This document shows positions 1 to 13,385 of a stretch of 64,000 nt of DNA, one piece after another. Numbering within the stretch: position 1 is the first letter of the stretch; each line of letters starts with the position of its first letter. Under the pieces are notes generated by a model. The model saw only the letters and a list, made by a program, of their open reading frames with translations, was not told where the DNA came from and ran no database searches. The DNA is from the human T2T-CHM13v2.0 reference genome, Homo sapiens. Location: NCBI RefSeq assembly GCF_009914755.1, contig NC_060930.1. The stretch is one strand, 5' to 3'. The translations under genes were made by a program, and so were the position numbers.

Positions 1-155
1 AGAGGCTGAGGCAGAAGAATCACTTAAACTTGGGAAGTGGAGGTTGCAGTGAGCCAAGATCATGCCACTGCACTCTAGCCTGGGTGACACAGAGAGACTC
101 CATCTAAAAAAAATAAAAAATAAAAATAAAAATAAAAATAAAATAAATAAATAAA
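1..155 (+). mobile_element. Alu right arm with (AAAAAT)n/(AAAT)n tail
   Basis: Alu consensus. Confidence 0.9.
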
Positions 156-488
156 ATCCTTCTGTGGTTCCTTACTGCCACTAGGATAAAATCCCAGTGC
201 CGCTGCACCTCTTCCAGGGTCCTGCACCATCTAATAGTTGCTTACTCTGCATCCCATACTCTGGTGCTAACCTAAACTAATGCTTTCCAGGCTTTCTGAT
301 TTCACAGACGTACTAAAAACAACAAACCTCTAAACTAGGGTCCAACAGAGTGTTGCTCCCTCTTTATTTTGCCAGCAAAGACACAAAACATTCACAAACC
401 TGGTAGGCTCTTACACATAAATACACAGAAATGACACAGTATCAGTATTATCCTCCCAGAGGAAGGGCAGGTGGCACTATATTCAATG

Positions 489-1935
<1,447 letters not shown>

Positions 1936-2330
1936 AATTATATGCAATTGTCAGTTTGGTGAGCTCTACGAATGGATCATCAAGGGTCCAGCTTGTTTTG
2001 AAATACAAGGATTATTAAAAATTCAGTTTTATTTGAATATATTGATAATGGAGACAAAATGATGTTATTTCACTCACTTTGGGACTTCTGGATAAGCTAA
2101 GCTAAGCCAAGGAATGGCAGTTTCGTCTCCCAGAAGGTCCTGAACACCCTGGTGATGATTTGGCTCCTGACAGCGTACAATACTTACTGCTCAAAGGCTT
2201 CACTCTCGAGGCTGGGCAGCTTGGCAGCCTGAACTCTAAAGGGTTAGGGGAGAGGGGTCCCATCTGCACACAGGCTTAGAACCTCTGCTCCAGGATTTTG
2301 AATATGCTGCTTTCAGAGGAACTGACCATG

Positions 2331-2391
2331 AGACAGACAGACAGACAGGCAGACACACACACACACATACCCCTGCCCCTGCCCCTGCCCC
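2331..2391. repeat. Compound microsatellite (AGAC)n-(AC)n-(CCCCTG)3CCCC
   Basis: Read directly. Confidence 0.9.
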
Positions 2392-2779
2392 TCATAATCT
2401 CCTTGCCCTGGTGCATGTGTGAACGAGCCAGTTTATACACCTTGCCTGATGCTTCTGGAAAGCTGGCAACAAATCTTCCTCATCATTTACTATTTTATCC
2501 CAGTGCCTTGTATATGGCCTAGGGTTTAGTATTTGTTAAGTAAATTAATAAGCAGATGCTCCGGGAGAAGAAGAGTGCTGAGTTCCAGTCAAGGCTCAGC
2601 CTCTTACCAGCTGGGTGACTGAGGGTAGAAGTTGAGTTTCTAGTTATCCTAGATTGACCTAAAAAATTCTCATCAATTTAACACCTGCTGTTTTGGAATA
2701 ATTTTTCCATTTAAAAATACTACCTTGTGTTTCTTCATGCTAATAATTAATTTCTGAATAGTGCTTTATAATTCACAAT

Positions 2780-3400
2780 AACCCGGAAGGGTAGAGAGCC
2801 AGAGAATAACGAGGATGGAGACAGACGTCATGTTAAGGATTTTGGTCCATATCTTAAAAGCAATGGGAAGCCACCCAAGAGGATTTTAAGCAGGATGACT
2901 TGATAAGATCTCTACAATGTAGAGACTGCGGAACTAATCAAGCTGGGGAGGAGGGGGTAACAAGCGGGCAAGTGAAGACCTGCTGGAAAGTGGTCTAGAG
3001 GAGACAACTGCTAGTGGTCTACAAAAGAGATGATGGACCCAGGTGGTACTGAGAAAGATGGAGGAAATTGACAGGATTCAAAAGATATTTAGAAGGTAAA
3101 AAATCAACAGACCTGGTTGAGTCAGATGAAGGAGAATGGAGCAGATCAAAGTGTCCAAGATGACTTCCTAGACTTCTTATTTGTATAACCGCATAGATCT
3201 TGGTGCCCTCCAACAGGAGGGAACACAGGGCAAATAATAATTTGGCGGGAAGAGCAAGAGGTTAGGTTCACACATGTTGGGTTTGAGATACTTTTGAGAT
3301 AACCAAGTGGAGATGCAGAGTATATGTTGGTTACACTGGTCTGGAGCTTGGAAGTCCTGACTGTGAATTGTCTGCGTCTTCAGAAAAACCATGTCCTTAA
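2780..3400 (-). mobile_element. L2 fragment
   Basis: Purine-rich L2-like motifs (ggattttaagcagg, agatattt...ggtaaaa...aacagac, caagatgact). Confidence 0.6.
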
Positions 3401-4848
3401 ATCACTACACTGTAGTTGAGAGAGGTTAAAATTATCAACAAATAAGAGTCAGGATTGAACTCTGGTCTTCTGGGCATACAGTTCATGTTGTCTCCACTCT
3501 ACTACCTTGCCCTACAGAGCATTCCTAAAAGTTCTTACTGATCGCAGTCACAAAGGGCCGACAATCAAGACATGAAACTGAAGACCTATGTAAAATCCCT
3601 AACCATTTAACACTGTATATGAACTTAAAAAAAACCCAACTAAATAAAAAACAAGTCATTTGTCTTTTCTAAATTAGAATAGTGAGCTGAGAGGAACTGA
3701 AGAAAAGTAGCACAGGAGAGAGGAGGCAGTGCCTATAAATGGGTTTTCATGGAATGCCTTCTTTCTGTATATGTATGTGTACAAAGCTTTTACTTTTCTT
3801 AAGTAAATTCAGAGACTATAAGACATACTCATGTTGAAAAAATAAAAAACACTTCCTAGAGCCAAATACAAATGACCTTTCAGATTATTTAATGCTTTGG
3901 TTTTCATTGCCACTGTTTCCTCCTTGATAACAGGACATTGACCACCTAGCTGTCACTTGCTTTCAGTTTTCATCACAGAGCACATGTGGGCTGATCCGTA
4001 AGCAACTCACTCATCCTTTTAGAAGTGCAGAAGAATGGGGCACATACAATTATGTTGTATTTTGACAACCTAAGTTCCTCCTTCATTTTCAGTGTAAGAA
4101 TAGGAGATCAAAACAGCTTGTGGAAATTGTTGATTCAGTTTTTAAAGATAATAGCTGTTCTAAGACACTAAACACCACTTACACTACCCATTTCAAGGGC
4201 ACTAAAAGGGTCCTCTGAAGTCCTTGATTTTATTTAAGTGAAGCATAAATGAATATTGTAATTCAAAGGACAATCAGTAACAGCAGAGGCATTACCCACA
4301 AGTAAGATTGATTCTTTCAAGTAGTTTAGACCACTTACTAGGATGAAAAGCTGATTTTTCAATTACTATTATTAATAATTAATATTGGAGGGCCCATGAA
4401 GTAAACCTGAAGGCTGGTCATTTGAATTTTAATACATTTTAAAACTGTATTTTGAAGGTAGAAAATGCATCTTATTTAGTTGTGATAATGGAGTGGCATT
4501 TTTTTCTTAACATTTCCTTAGTCAACCTTCTTCCATAGTAATTAGAAAAGAGAGAGGCATAAACAGCACTTATTTTCATATTAAAAAGCACTGCATTTGT
4601 AAAATACTCCTGTTTTCAATTATATTTTCCCTATGTTTACACTTAAATTAGTTTTTAGTTTCCAAATGTAAGTTGGGGTCATAAGGAGGCAATTCAGGGA
4701 CATCTTAGGTGTCAAACAGAAGTAGATCAGAGATTTATGGCTAATAACGAGTTCATATTAAAGTAATAATTCTAAAGGCATTATGCTACAATCAACCTGA
4801 AGGAAACTTACAGATGATTACACACGGCAAAATTAAAAAATTAATCTG

Positions 4849-5140
4849 GGCTTGGGACAGTGGCTCACCCCTGTAATCTCAGCACTTTGGGAGGCCAAGG
4901 CGGGCAGATCACTTGAGCCCCGGAGACCAGCCTGCGCAACATGACGAGACCCTGTCTCTATAAAAAGAAAATTAGCTGAATGTGGTGGCATGTGCCCATG
5001 GTCCCAGCTACCAGAAGGCTGAGGTGGGAGGATTGCTTGAGCCAGGGAGGCTGAGGCTGCTGTGAGCCATGGTCATGCCACTGCACTCTAGCCTGCATGA
5101 AAGAGTGAGACCCTGTCTCAAAACAACAACAACAAAAAAC
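4849..5140 (+). mobile_element. AluJ-like
   Basis: Alu consensus with (AAC)n tail. Confidence 0.88.
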
Positions 5141-5325
5141 TGATCTGCTTCTAATAATCCACCAGAGTGGAGATTGCCTTTGTTTTTTATATACCATAAA
5201 ATGATTAGTAAAATTAATCTGAAGAAAATATAATCACCTAAATGTGTAGTTCAGGGTATATAACACAGGTGAGTTTCAAATGTGTTTAACTCAAAGTCTT
5301 AATAATATGTTTCAATATTTTAGAG

Positions 5326-6080
5326 CAGAGCTTCTGAAACTTTTTGGTGTTGGGATCCCTTAATGGTCTTAAAAATTATTAAGAACATCAATTATATGTT
5401 TATATGGATTTTAACTACTGATAATTACCAAAATGGAGAAATTTTAGAAATATTTAATTCAATTAAAAACAATAAGGCCATTACATGTTAAAGTACAGAA
5501 CATTTTTATGAAAAAATAATTGTATTTTCTAAAATAACAAAGTGGTGTCTTTTTATATTTTTGCAATTCTCTTTAACAGAAGACAACTGGATTTTGCATT
5601 TACTCCTCAATTAACTCTGTTTTGGTTGAGTAGTGAAGAAAATCCAGCCTCACCCACCTATGTAGTTGGAAAAAGGAGATATATTTGAATAGCCTTTTCA
5701 GGTAATTGTGGACAGTCCTCTTTTATATTATACCAACACTTGACAAGTCTACTTTCTTAAAAGTTGGTTGTGTAATATAAAACTACATAACTGAATTAAC
5801 TTTTCCTACTCTATTATAGTAATATTCATTGGTCTATCCACTTTCAACGGATCATTTACCCACTCATGATTTTTAACATCATCTGTTGGTCATTTGGAAA
5901 ATATCGGCTCACTGAATTAAGCAGATCTTCTCAGTGTCAACACTGAGAAGACATTTTGTCAACACAGCGGAAAAGGCCATAACAACTTAGTATTACTGTG
6001 ACAACAGTTTTGACTTCATTGAATCCTGAAAGGATCCTGGGGCTTCAAAAGGATCTGCAGACCACACTTAGACAAGCGCC
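5326..6080 (+). mobile_element. Charlie1-type hAT DNA transposon, internally deleted
   Basis: Left end CAGAGCTTCTGAAACTTTTTGG...TCTTAAAAATTATT, right end CAGACCACACTT. Confidence 0.75.
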
Positions 6081-7119
6081 GTTCAGAATCACTTTGGGGA
6101 CTCAGAGAACCTAAATGACTCTCCCGGTGCAGGAGAACATGCGCACTTCATTCCAGAGGATTCTGACGCTTACCCTGCTTGGTGCAGAACTTAGCGAGTG
6201 CCCCCTGTTTAAGAGAACAGTACACTAAAATCTCTAACAAAAGTAAAAAAGTAGTTTCCCTAAGTACTTAGCCAGATACATAAAAGTATTTTTCAAATTC
6301 CTATCTTTGAATACTGAACTTTCTTAAAGTGACACTCAAAGGCATGTGATGCATACCTCAAGCATGTGAACTGGGGGTTATGAGTTTGAGCATAAATATG
6401 AGCCTCCAAGTTGGCTTCTAAAATGGATCTACATATGTTGGGCTGCCAACTCCTTGTAAGGGTTCTGTGGCTACTGATTCCATATCTTAATGGCTCTATC
6501 GGCATTGTAAAAATACTGAATCTTATTTACTATCAATTCGAAGTAATATTTTAATTATTTAATAGTTTAATTTGCTAGCACAAATTATAACCTACTTGAG
6601 CATAAAGAACGTTTTAGAAATATTCTTAGTCTAATGCTTAGAATGTTTACATTTTTTTTTTTTCTTCAGGGAAATAAAAATGTTCAGTTCCCTTTTAGGT
6701 TTTCAGTCATGTTTGGAGAGCCAAAGAGCATAAGAAAATAGGAAAAGTGATGATAAATGACCTTTCCCAGGTGCATTTGGTATTTTATGGTAAAAAAATT
6801 ACCAGCAAACCAGTTCTTTCAATCTTCCTCTCCTGTGCAGGCTGGTGCCACGGGACTTGCCCAGCTTTTCCAAGTTCCTACAGGGAAAGGTGAGTGGGGC
6901 TAGGAATGAAGCACCAAGAAACAGTAAGAGCTGGAAGGGCAGTTCCCACCTCTAAAGCTGCTGATCCCAGGCCGATGCTACAGATGAGCTTTAGATATTT
7001 CCTTCTCTATTTTGTAAGTCTCAAATTGGGGAAAGCACATCCACTTACTCATGGGCATGCTGTGGGTACTTGAAATCACAGGATTGCAAAGTATATCTAT
7101 GGGGTTGGGGTGAATACAT

Positions 7120-7253
<134 letters not shown>

Positions 7254-7726
7254 TGAACACATTTTTCTATTATTTTATATTATCTTATAAAAGTGCAGAT
7301 TTTGGAGGTTACTGAAAAGTTGATATTAAAGTTTAAGATATAAAAGCAGGTGTCACCGTGGCAGCTTTTATTCTATAACTTAAAACATGATTAGCGTTTA
7401 TTCTCTGCTGCTAGTGGTAGAGATTGCTCAGCATCAACGTATTTACATCCCCTTTGAAGAGAAGCTTTAAAACTGGCAAGTATGCACTGGGACTGTAGGA
7501 CAAAGTTTTAGGGGCGTAGACTACACTCCACCGTAGTGTAGACTGCTCCTCCACTGTTGACCATCAGTGGCACCGGCGTATCACTTCTTGTACTTACGAT
7601 GGCTTCAATAACTGGACAATTCTTTGTCTAGCAAACAAACCACAAGTTTATTAAATGAGAAATGCCCAGTTTAAAAGGATGTCCTATTAGTGGTAAATTA
7701 CTATGCCTTTAAAAACTGCCTTCTTG

Positions 7727-7873
7727 TCCAGGAGCGGTGGCTCACCCCTGTAATCCCAGCACTTTGGGAGGCCAAGGCGGGAGGATCACTTGAGCCCAGA
7801 AGTTCAAGACCGTCTCGGGCAACATAGCGAGATCCCTGCCTCTTACTAAAAGGAAAAAAGAAAAAAGAAAAAA
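7727..7873 (+). mobile_element. FLAM/Alu left monomer
   Basis: Single Alu arm with A tail. Confidence 0.85.
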
Positions 7874-10005
7874 ATGACCTTTTAACAGTTTGAAAACATC
7901 CTGGATACACAACAAGATCATTCAAAATGCAGTGGAATTTACCTTACCAATTTATAATTTTGGTTTGTGATAAATCAGTCAAATGAGAATTAAAATGGCA
8001 CAGTCCCAATTCTCTATTAAACGTTCAGGGTACTCCCACACTAAAACGCTAGTGGTGTGTACAACTCGCCCTGGTGCTCCAACGGGGTTGGCATAGATGG
8101 ATGATTTACATTAGCAAGGACAGGGCAGCGCGTTTAAGCAAACCCAGAGACCCCCTGGAGTTCTGATAATTCTGACCTTCTTTATGCTTTATTTTACTAA
8201 AACAATACCCTGATAAAATGAATAGAATCAAGGCTCACAAACTCAGTGGACCCATTGTATGATGAAAGAGCTAATGAACAATGCAGCTGGGGGAGGCGGG
8301 GAGCGAGAGCCGGGTTATATCCCCAAGGCATAATTAGGAGTTCACGTATTCGGGTGGAAGTTCCTGCAGTAAAAGGCGTAGCTGCAGCTTCTCCCGGCCC
8401 AGGCACTCGCCTGCTCTGCTACCCTCGCTTCTTTATTGCCTCTTTTACTACCAGCTAAAAGCGGCAAAACCCAGCTTCCTTTGCAGCTTCTGGCTAAAAA
8501 GTTCTCTCTTGCGGCTTTGTTTAAACAAGAAGGGTTTAGAGGTTTCGCTACACCGAGAAAACGACGCCGGCCCCGGGAAGCAGCCTCCCCGCCTTGGAGT
8601 CCGGTTGGGGCGTGAGGGCCGCGCGGGTCCCACGCCCCAAGGCTAAGCAGCCGAAAGCACAGCGCGCTCGGGGCCAAACCGGGCTGTATCGCAGGCGCAG
8701 ATGGCGCGTCGGGCGGAAGCTGGAGGCCGCCGGCTCAACACGCTCCGTACCCGGGACTGGGGCCCGGCCTGCAGCCTCAGCGAGCAGGCGACAAGGGCGG
8801 CGCCACAGAGGCCGACGCGTCCCCCGCCCGCCTGAGCGCGCCGCAACAGCCACCTCGTCCCACCCGCCCCGGGGCGGGGCCGGGGGCGCGGCGCCGGGGC
8901 CCTCTGGCCCCCTCCGGTCTCGCCGGCCCCGCCCCCTCCCTGTCCCCGTCCCCGAGGGGCTGAGGGGGAGGGAGGGGCGACGCACTCCGGCCGCGTTGCA
9001 CGCTCGCCGCTTCCCTCAGTCCCGCGTGCGCGCGCGCGCTCGCCCCAAGTCCCGCGGAGTTTAACACAATGCCGACGCCTACGCCGTGCGCAACGCCCCG
9101 GCCGGCGCAACAGCCCCGGCGCCGGGGGCGGGGGTGGCCCAGACAGGGAGAGAGGGAGAGGGATGAGCGCGCGCGAGAGCCGGAGACAGCGCGAGACCCG
9201 AGGAGGCCGGAAGCGCGCGTGCGCGCCCCCGCCCGCGAGCGGGAGGCGGAGCCGCAGCAGTAGCGGCAGCAGCTGTAGGAGCCGCTGCAGCTGGGAGAAG
9301 CGCCAGAGAGGCCGGGCCTGCTCCGGTCGGACCGGATCCCTCCCCTCCCCCTCCCTCCTCCCTCCCCTCCCCCAAACCCACTTCCGCAGCTCGCGGCCTT
9401 GCCGCCGAAGCAGCAGCGGCGGCAGCAGCAGGAGGCGGCGGCGAGGCGTCGGAAGGATTACGCACCTGACGGGCCCGCCTCTGAGGGCTCCAGCGCGGGA
9501 CGCTCACCGGCCGCCGCCGCCCAGGGCGCACTTCGCGGTGGCGGCGGGAAGGGAGGGACCGGCCACGGGGAACCGAACGCGAATCGCCCCCCTCCCCTTC
9601 CTCCCTCCCACCCTCCCTCCGATCCGCCGCCCGCCCTCTCGGCTTCCGTCCCCTCCCCCTCCCACAAAACCCCGGATGGAGGCGCCGCCGACTCGCCGCC
9701 GCCTGGCTCCGGGGGATGGTTTTGTCAAGCGGCCAGAGCCCCGGCGCCAGGCGCAGCCGCCGCCGCCCCCGCGAGGCGCCCCTGCCCTCGCTTCCCAGAA
9801 CCGGGTCCCCGAGTGGCCCGGGCCTTCCGCCTGCCTGCACCCGTAGCCCTGGTACGAGGGTCATTCGTCGTCTTTGTTGCCACCGCCTCTGCCGGAACCG
9901 TTTGCGAGCTCCGGTGGCCCCCGCCCCCCCACCGCCTTCCCGGACCCTGGGCTGGGGGTGGCACGTGGGCACCGGCCCCGGGAGGCGGAGGCGGTGCGCG
10001 CTTAC

Positions 10006-10175
10006 CTGTCGCCGGTGCTGCTGCGGCGGGGGGTGTGGAGGAGGCGCCTCTGGGCAGCCTCGGCCGTGCTGTCCTCCCCGCCGCCGCCGCCTCTGCCTCT
10101 CGCTGCTGCTGCTGCTGCTGCCGCCGCGGTCGGTGTCTCCGGCGCGGCGGCGGCGGCGGCGGCGGGGCTTTTCCT
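10006..10175 (-). other. ZBTB2: Non-coding first exon (5' UTR) of ZBTB2; TSS approximate
   Basis: Strong donor CAG|GTAAGC at 10005 inside the CpG island; no ATG in the exon. Identity rests on recalled gene order (ZBTB2 just downstream of RMND1, same strand) and the recalled 5' UTR; no ZBTB2 coding exon is in the window. Confidence 0.82.
10102..10165. repeat. (CTG)6 and (CGG)6-7 tracts in the first exon
   Basis: Read directly. Confidence 0.9.
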
Positions 10176-12470
10176 GTCCGGTTACGTTAAGGTCACATGA
10201 CCGAGAGAGCGGAGAGACTAGTGCAAAGAGGCTGCGAGCGGCTCCCGCCGGGGGGGAGAGGCGGCGAGAGAGCAGTGGCGGCAAGAGCCCCCTCCGCCCC
10301 CCCCCCCAGCCGCTCCCCTCCCCCCGCCCGCCTCCGCCTCCTGCTGCTCTGCCGCCGCCGCCGCCGCCTGCAGCACTCCACTGCCGCTCCCACCCAGGCT
10401 CCGCGCTCTGCTCCAGCCAAACTTCTGCAGACCATGTGCAGCCGAGGCGAGGAAACTTCTCTCCACCTATTGGGGCTGGAGGCCTGAGTCACAAGCCCCT
10501 TGTTTACATAAAGTGTTTAGGTAGCACAAGTCCTTGAGATGCTCGGGGTAGAGATGGAGAGCCACTGCTCGTATCCTTCTGCCGGCTTCTGCTTGAGATC
10601 TCTTGGCCTTTACCCTTGTCCCTTGACTTTTCGTGTTTGTTTTAATCTTTAAGACTTGAAATGGAGTGGCCTTTAGAACCGGGGAGATACTGTAAACCAG
10701 CAGTATCTTTGTGTCACCAATGGTAACTGAAAGTCATGCTGAAGTACAGATTCCTGTAGCGTGCACAGAGGCAGAGGTGCTTCCTTTACCTTGCAGATGA
10801 GTTGAGCGGCGTAAGATGTTTCTGTTAGGGTTGAATTTCATGGTTATTTCAGCAACGATTTTCGTTTTTGAAGTTTTGGCCCCCCCAAAAATGAAAGTCT
10901 GCAACGCATGTTTGTTAAGAGAACAGTTTATTCTCCTGTTAGGTTTTGGTCTTTGAGGTATGGATTCCAGAGTTGGCTATTCTGTTAGATTTAGAGGTGT
11001 GGAAAATCTTTTAACGGGGAGATCCTGAAACACGGAAACATGGCAGGGAAGTTAGAATTTCCTGATGGTCATTTTTAACATTTTAAAGTTTACTTTTTGG
11101 TTGTTGCCATTTTTCTAGAATCCGTGTCTTTTTTGGGGAAATACAGTCCTTTGAGGACTAGAATTTAATGATTTCTTTACACATCTAGGATTTTTTGAGA
11201 TTTAGAAAGGATATGGCTTTATTCCTAAGGAAGTGGAGGCAGCAGTTTCTAGGATACTCTGGTTTCAAGGCATGCTAACTTGGTTGTGATGTCTAACCCA
11301 TTTTGGTTTACACAGTCTGACCACTAGCACAATGCCTGGCACATAGTTTACAAATCATTTAAGGCAAGCTTACCATCTTAAGACAATTTAATACATAGAA
11401 GTGTCCCTCCTAAAAATCTGAGTTTGATTTAGAAATCCAGTTATACCTGCAGGTACTGATGACTAATTCCTTCTTTGAAGACAAAATAAGCAGCTGTGTA
11501 GCTTCAGTGGCTCTCAAATGGATAATAGATTCAGTGTATACTCGCTTTGAACTTTCCTGTTTTTTGATCAGCTAGATAAATGACTTTAGTGGGTAAATGT
11601 CTGCCTCCAAAACCAAATTCTGACCCTGATCTAAGTATTCTACTGCACCGCTGTCACTGGAATATCAAAGTTGGCCTTCAGACTGGTGCCTGGTTCCTTG
11701 GATTGGCTTGAGTATTGAGGTCTGTCTCATCTTACTAGGGAACTAAAATGATGTTGATTGTTTTGTAGAGAATTGTAATTAGAGATCTGTAGGTTCTTAA
11801 TTCTTTTGGAATTCCATTCTGAAAATTTTCAACCTTATGGTGTTGGTGGAGTGCTCATGTGAAGAGTGAAACTGACTTAAGAATAAAAGAAAAAGTGGGC
11901 AAAACTAATGCTAAACTTGAGACCATTGGGCAGAAATTTGCCTGTGTGTGTAGAGTAATTGGTCTTGAGTCAAAGTAACTATGCTTATTTTTAACATCAC
12001 TGAATATTTTCTAGCGTTACACTCTATATAGGCTTGTAGAAATAAACCCAGGGGTAAGCCCAGAAATTGAATATCAGTCCTAAAGAAAGCCTATCAAGAG
12101 CATCCTATTCTCTTTAAGAGCTGCTATTCGAATTTAGGACTGGGCTGGTTTGCTGCTCATTCTCTCGAGGCATAGGCAGCCACACTTGAATTTTGCCAAG
12201 TATGCAGATAATTCCAACTTGTAGTCAGGATCATCAGGTAATAGCATTATAAGGGGAGCTGTACAGACTGTATACTTTCTACAGTTTGTTGAAATAGAAA
12301 CATTTATATGGATACATACATCTGCAAAGGTTAGGGAGAAAACGGTAGCCCTGGCAGAGAAGAGCTAGTTAGTGTATTTCAGGATAGGGCCAAGGGAAGC
12401 TGTCATTTCTCTACTAAGTCTCATTGTGGAAAAGCCACAAATGTCCCTAGTACAGTAATAAGGAAAAAAA

Positions 12471-12749
12471 GGCTGAGCGTGGTGGCTCACACCTGTAGTC
12501 CCAGGACTTTCGGAAGGATTGCTTGAGCCCAGGAGTTGCAGATCGGCCAGGACAATGTAAGAAAACCCCATGTATTAGAAAAAAAGAATTAGCCAGGCGT
12601 GATGGTGTGGGTCTATAGTCTCAGCTTGGGAGGCTGAGGTGGCAGGATCGCATATAGCCCAGGAGTTCGAGGCTGCAGTGAGCCATGATCGCATCACTGC
12701 ACCCTAGTCTGGGCAACAGAGTCTCTAAAAAGGAAAAAAAAAAAAAAAA
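12471..12749 (+). mobile_element. AluJ-like
   Basis: Alu consensus. Confidence 0.88.
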
Positions 12750-12949
12750 GTTAAATCGCTGTTTAATTATGTGCCAATTTATTTTGGTATTTTGAGAATC
12801 TGGTAAATTAGGAATTCAAAAATAGTTTTAACACTTTTTACTTCAAAGAAAATCACAGTGCAAGCAATCTGAGTGGATTCATCAAAAGTTATACATGAAT
12901 ATTCTGCAGAGTCTGGTGTTGCTGAAAGTTTTGATTTGTGTTCTGCTGA

Positions 12950-13327
<378 letters not shown>

Positions 13328-13352
13328 CAGAAAATTTAATAGTACTAGATCT

Positions 13353-13353
13353 C

Positions 13354-13384
<31 letters not shown>

Positions 13385-13385
13385 C
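13353..13385. repeat. (TG)12(CG)3 microsatellite
   Basis: Read directly. Confidence 0.9.

Larger units (their letters stand above)
8550..10490. promoter_or_regulatory. CpG island / ZBTB2 promoter and start of intron 1
   Basis: About 1.9 kb, very GC-rich with undepleted CpG; GC boxes, ETS cores (CCGGAAG 9207-9213, CACTTCCG near 9381), NRF1-like GCGCGTGCGC 9215-9224, E-box GGTCACATGACC 10191-10202. Confidence 0.93.

Noticed and set aside
462-480. CTCF-like GCAGGTGGCACTA (also GCAGATGGCGC near 8700)
   Set aside because: Both lack the conserved CC at the 5' end of the core, so they cannot be supported without ChIP data
7521-7541. CTACACT-N7-AGTGTAG hairpin
   Set aside because: A 7-bp stem is expected by chance in 64 kb
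8342-10537. Long overlapping ORFs up to 401 aa in the CpG island
   Set aside because: Low-complexity Arg/Pro/Gly/Ala text in all frames, as expected where stop codons are rare in GC-rich DNA; they cross the exon 1 donor and show no domain
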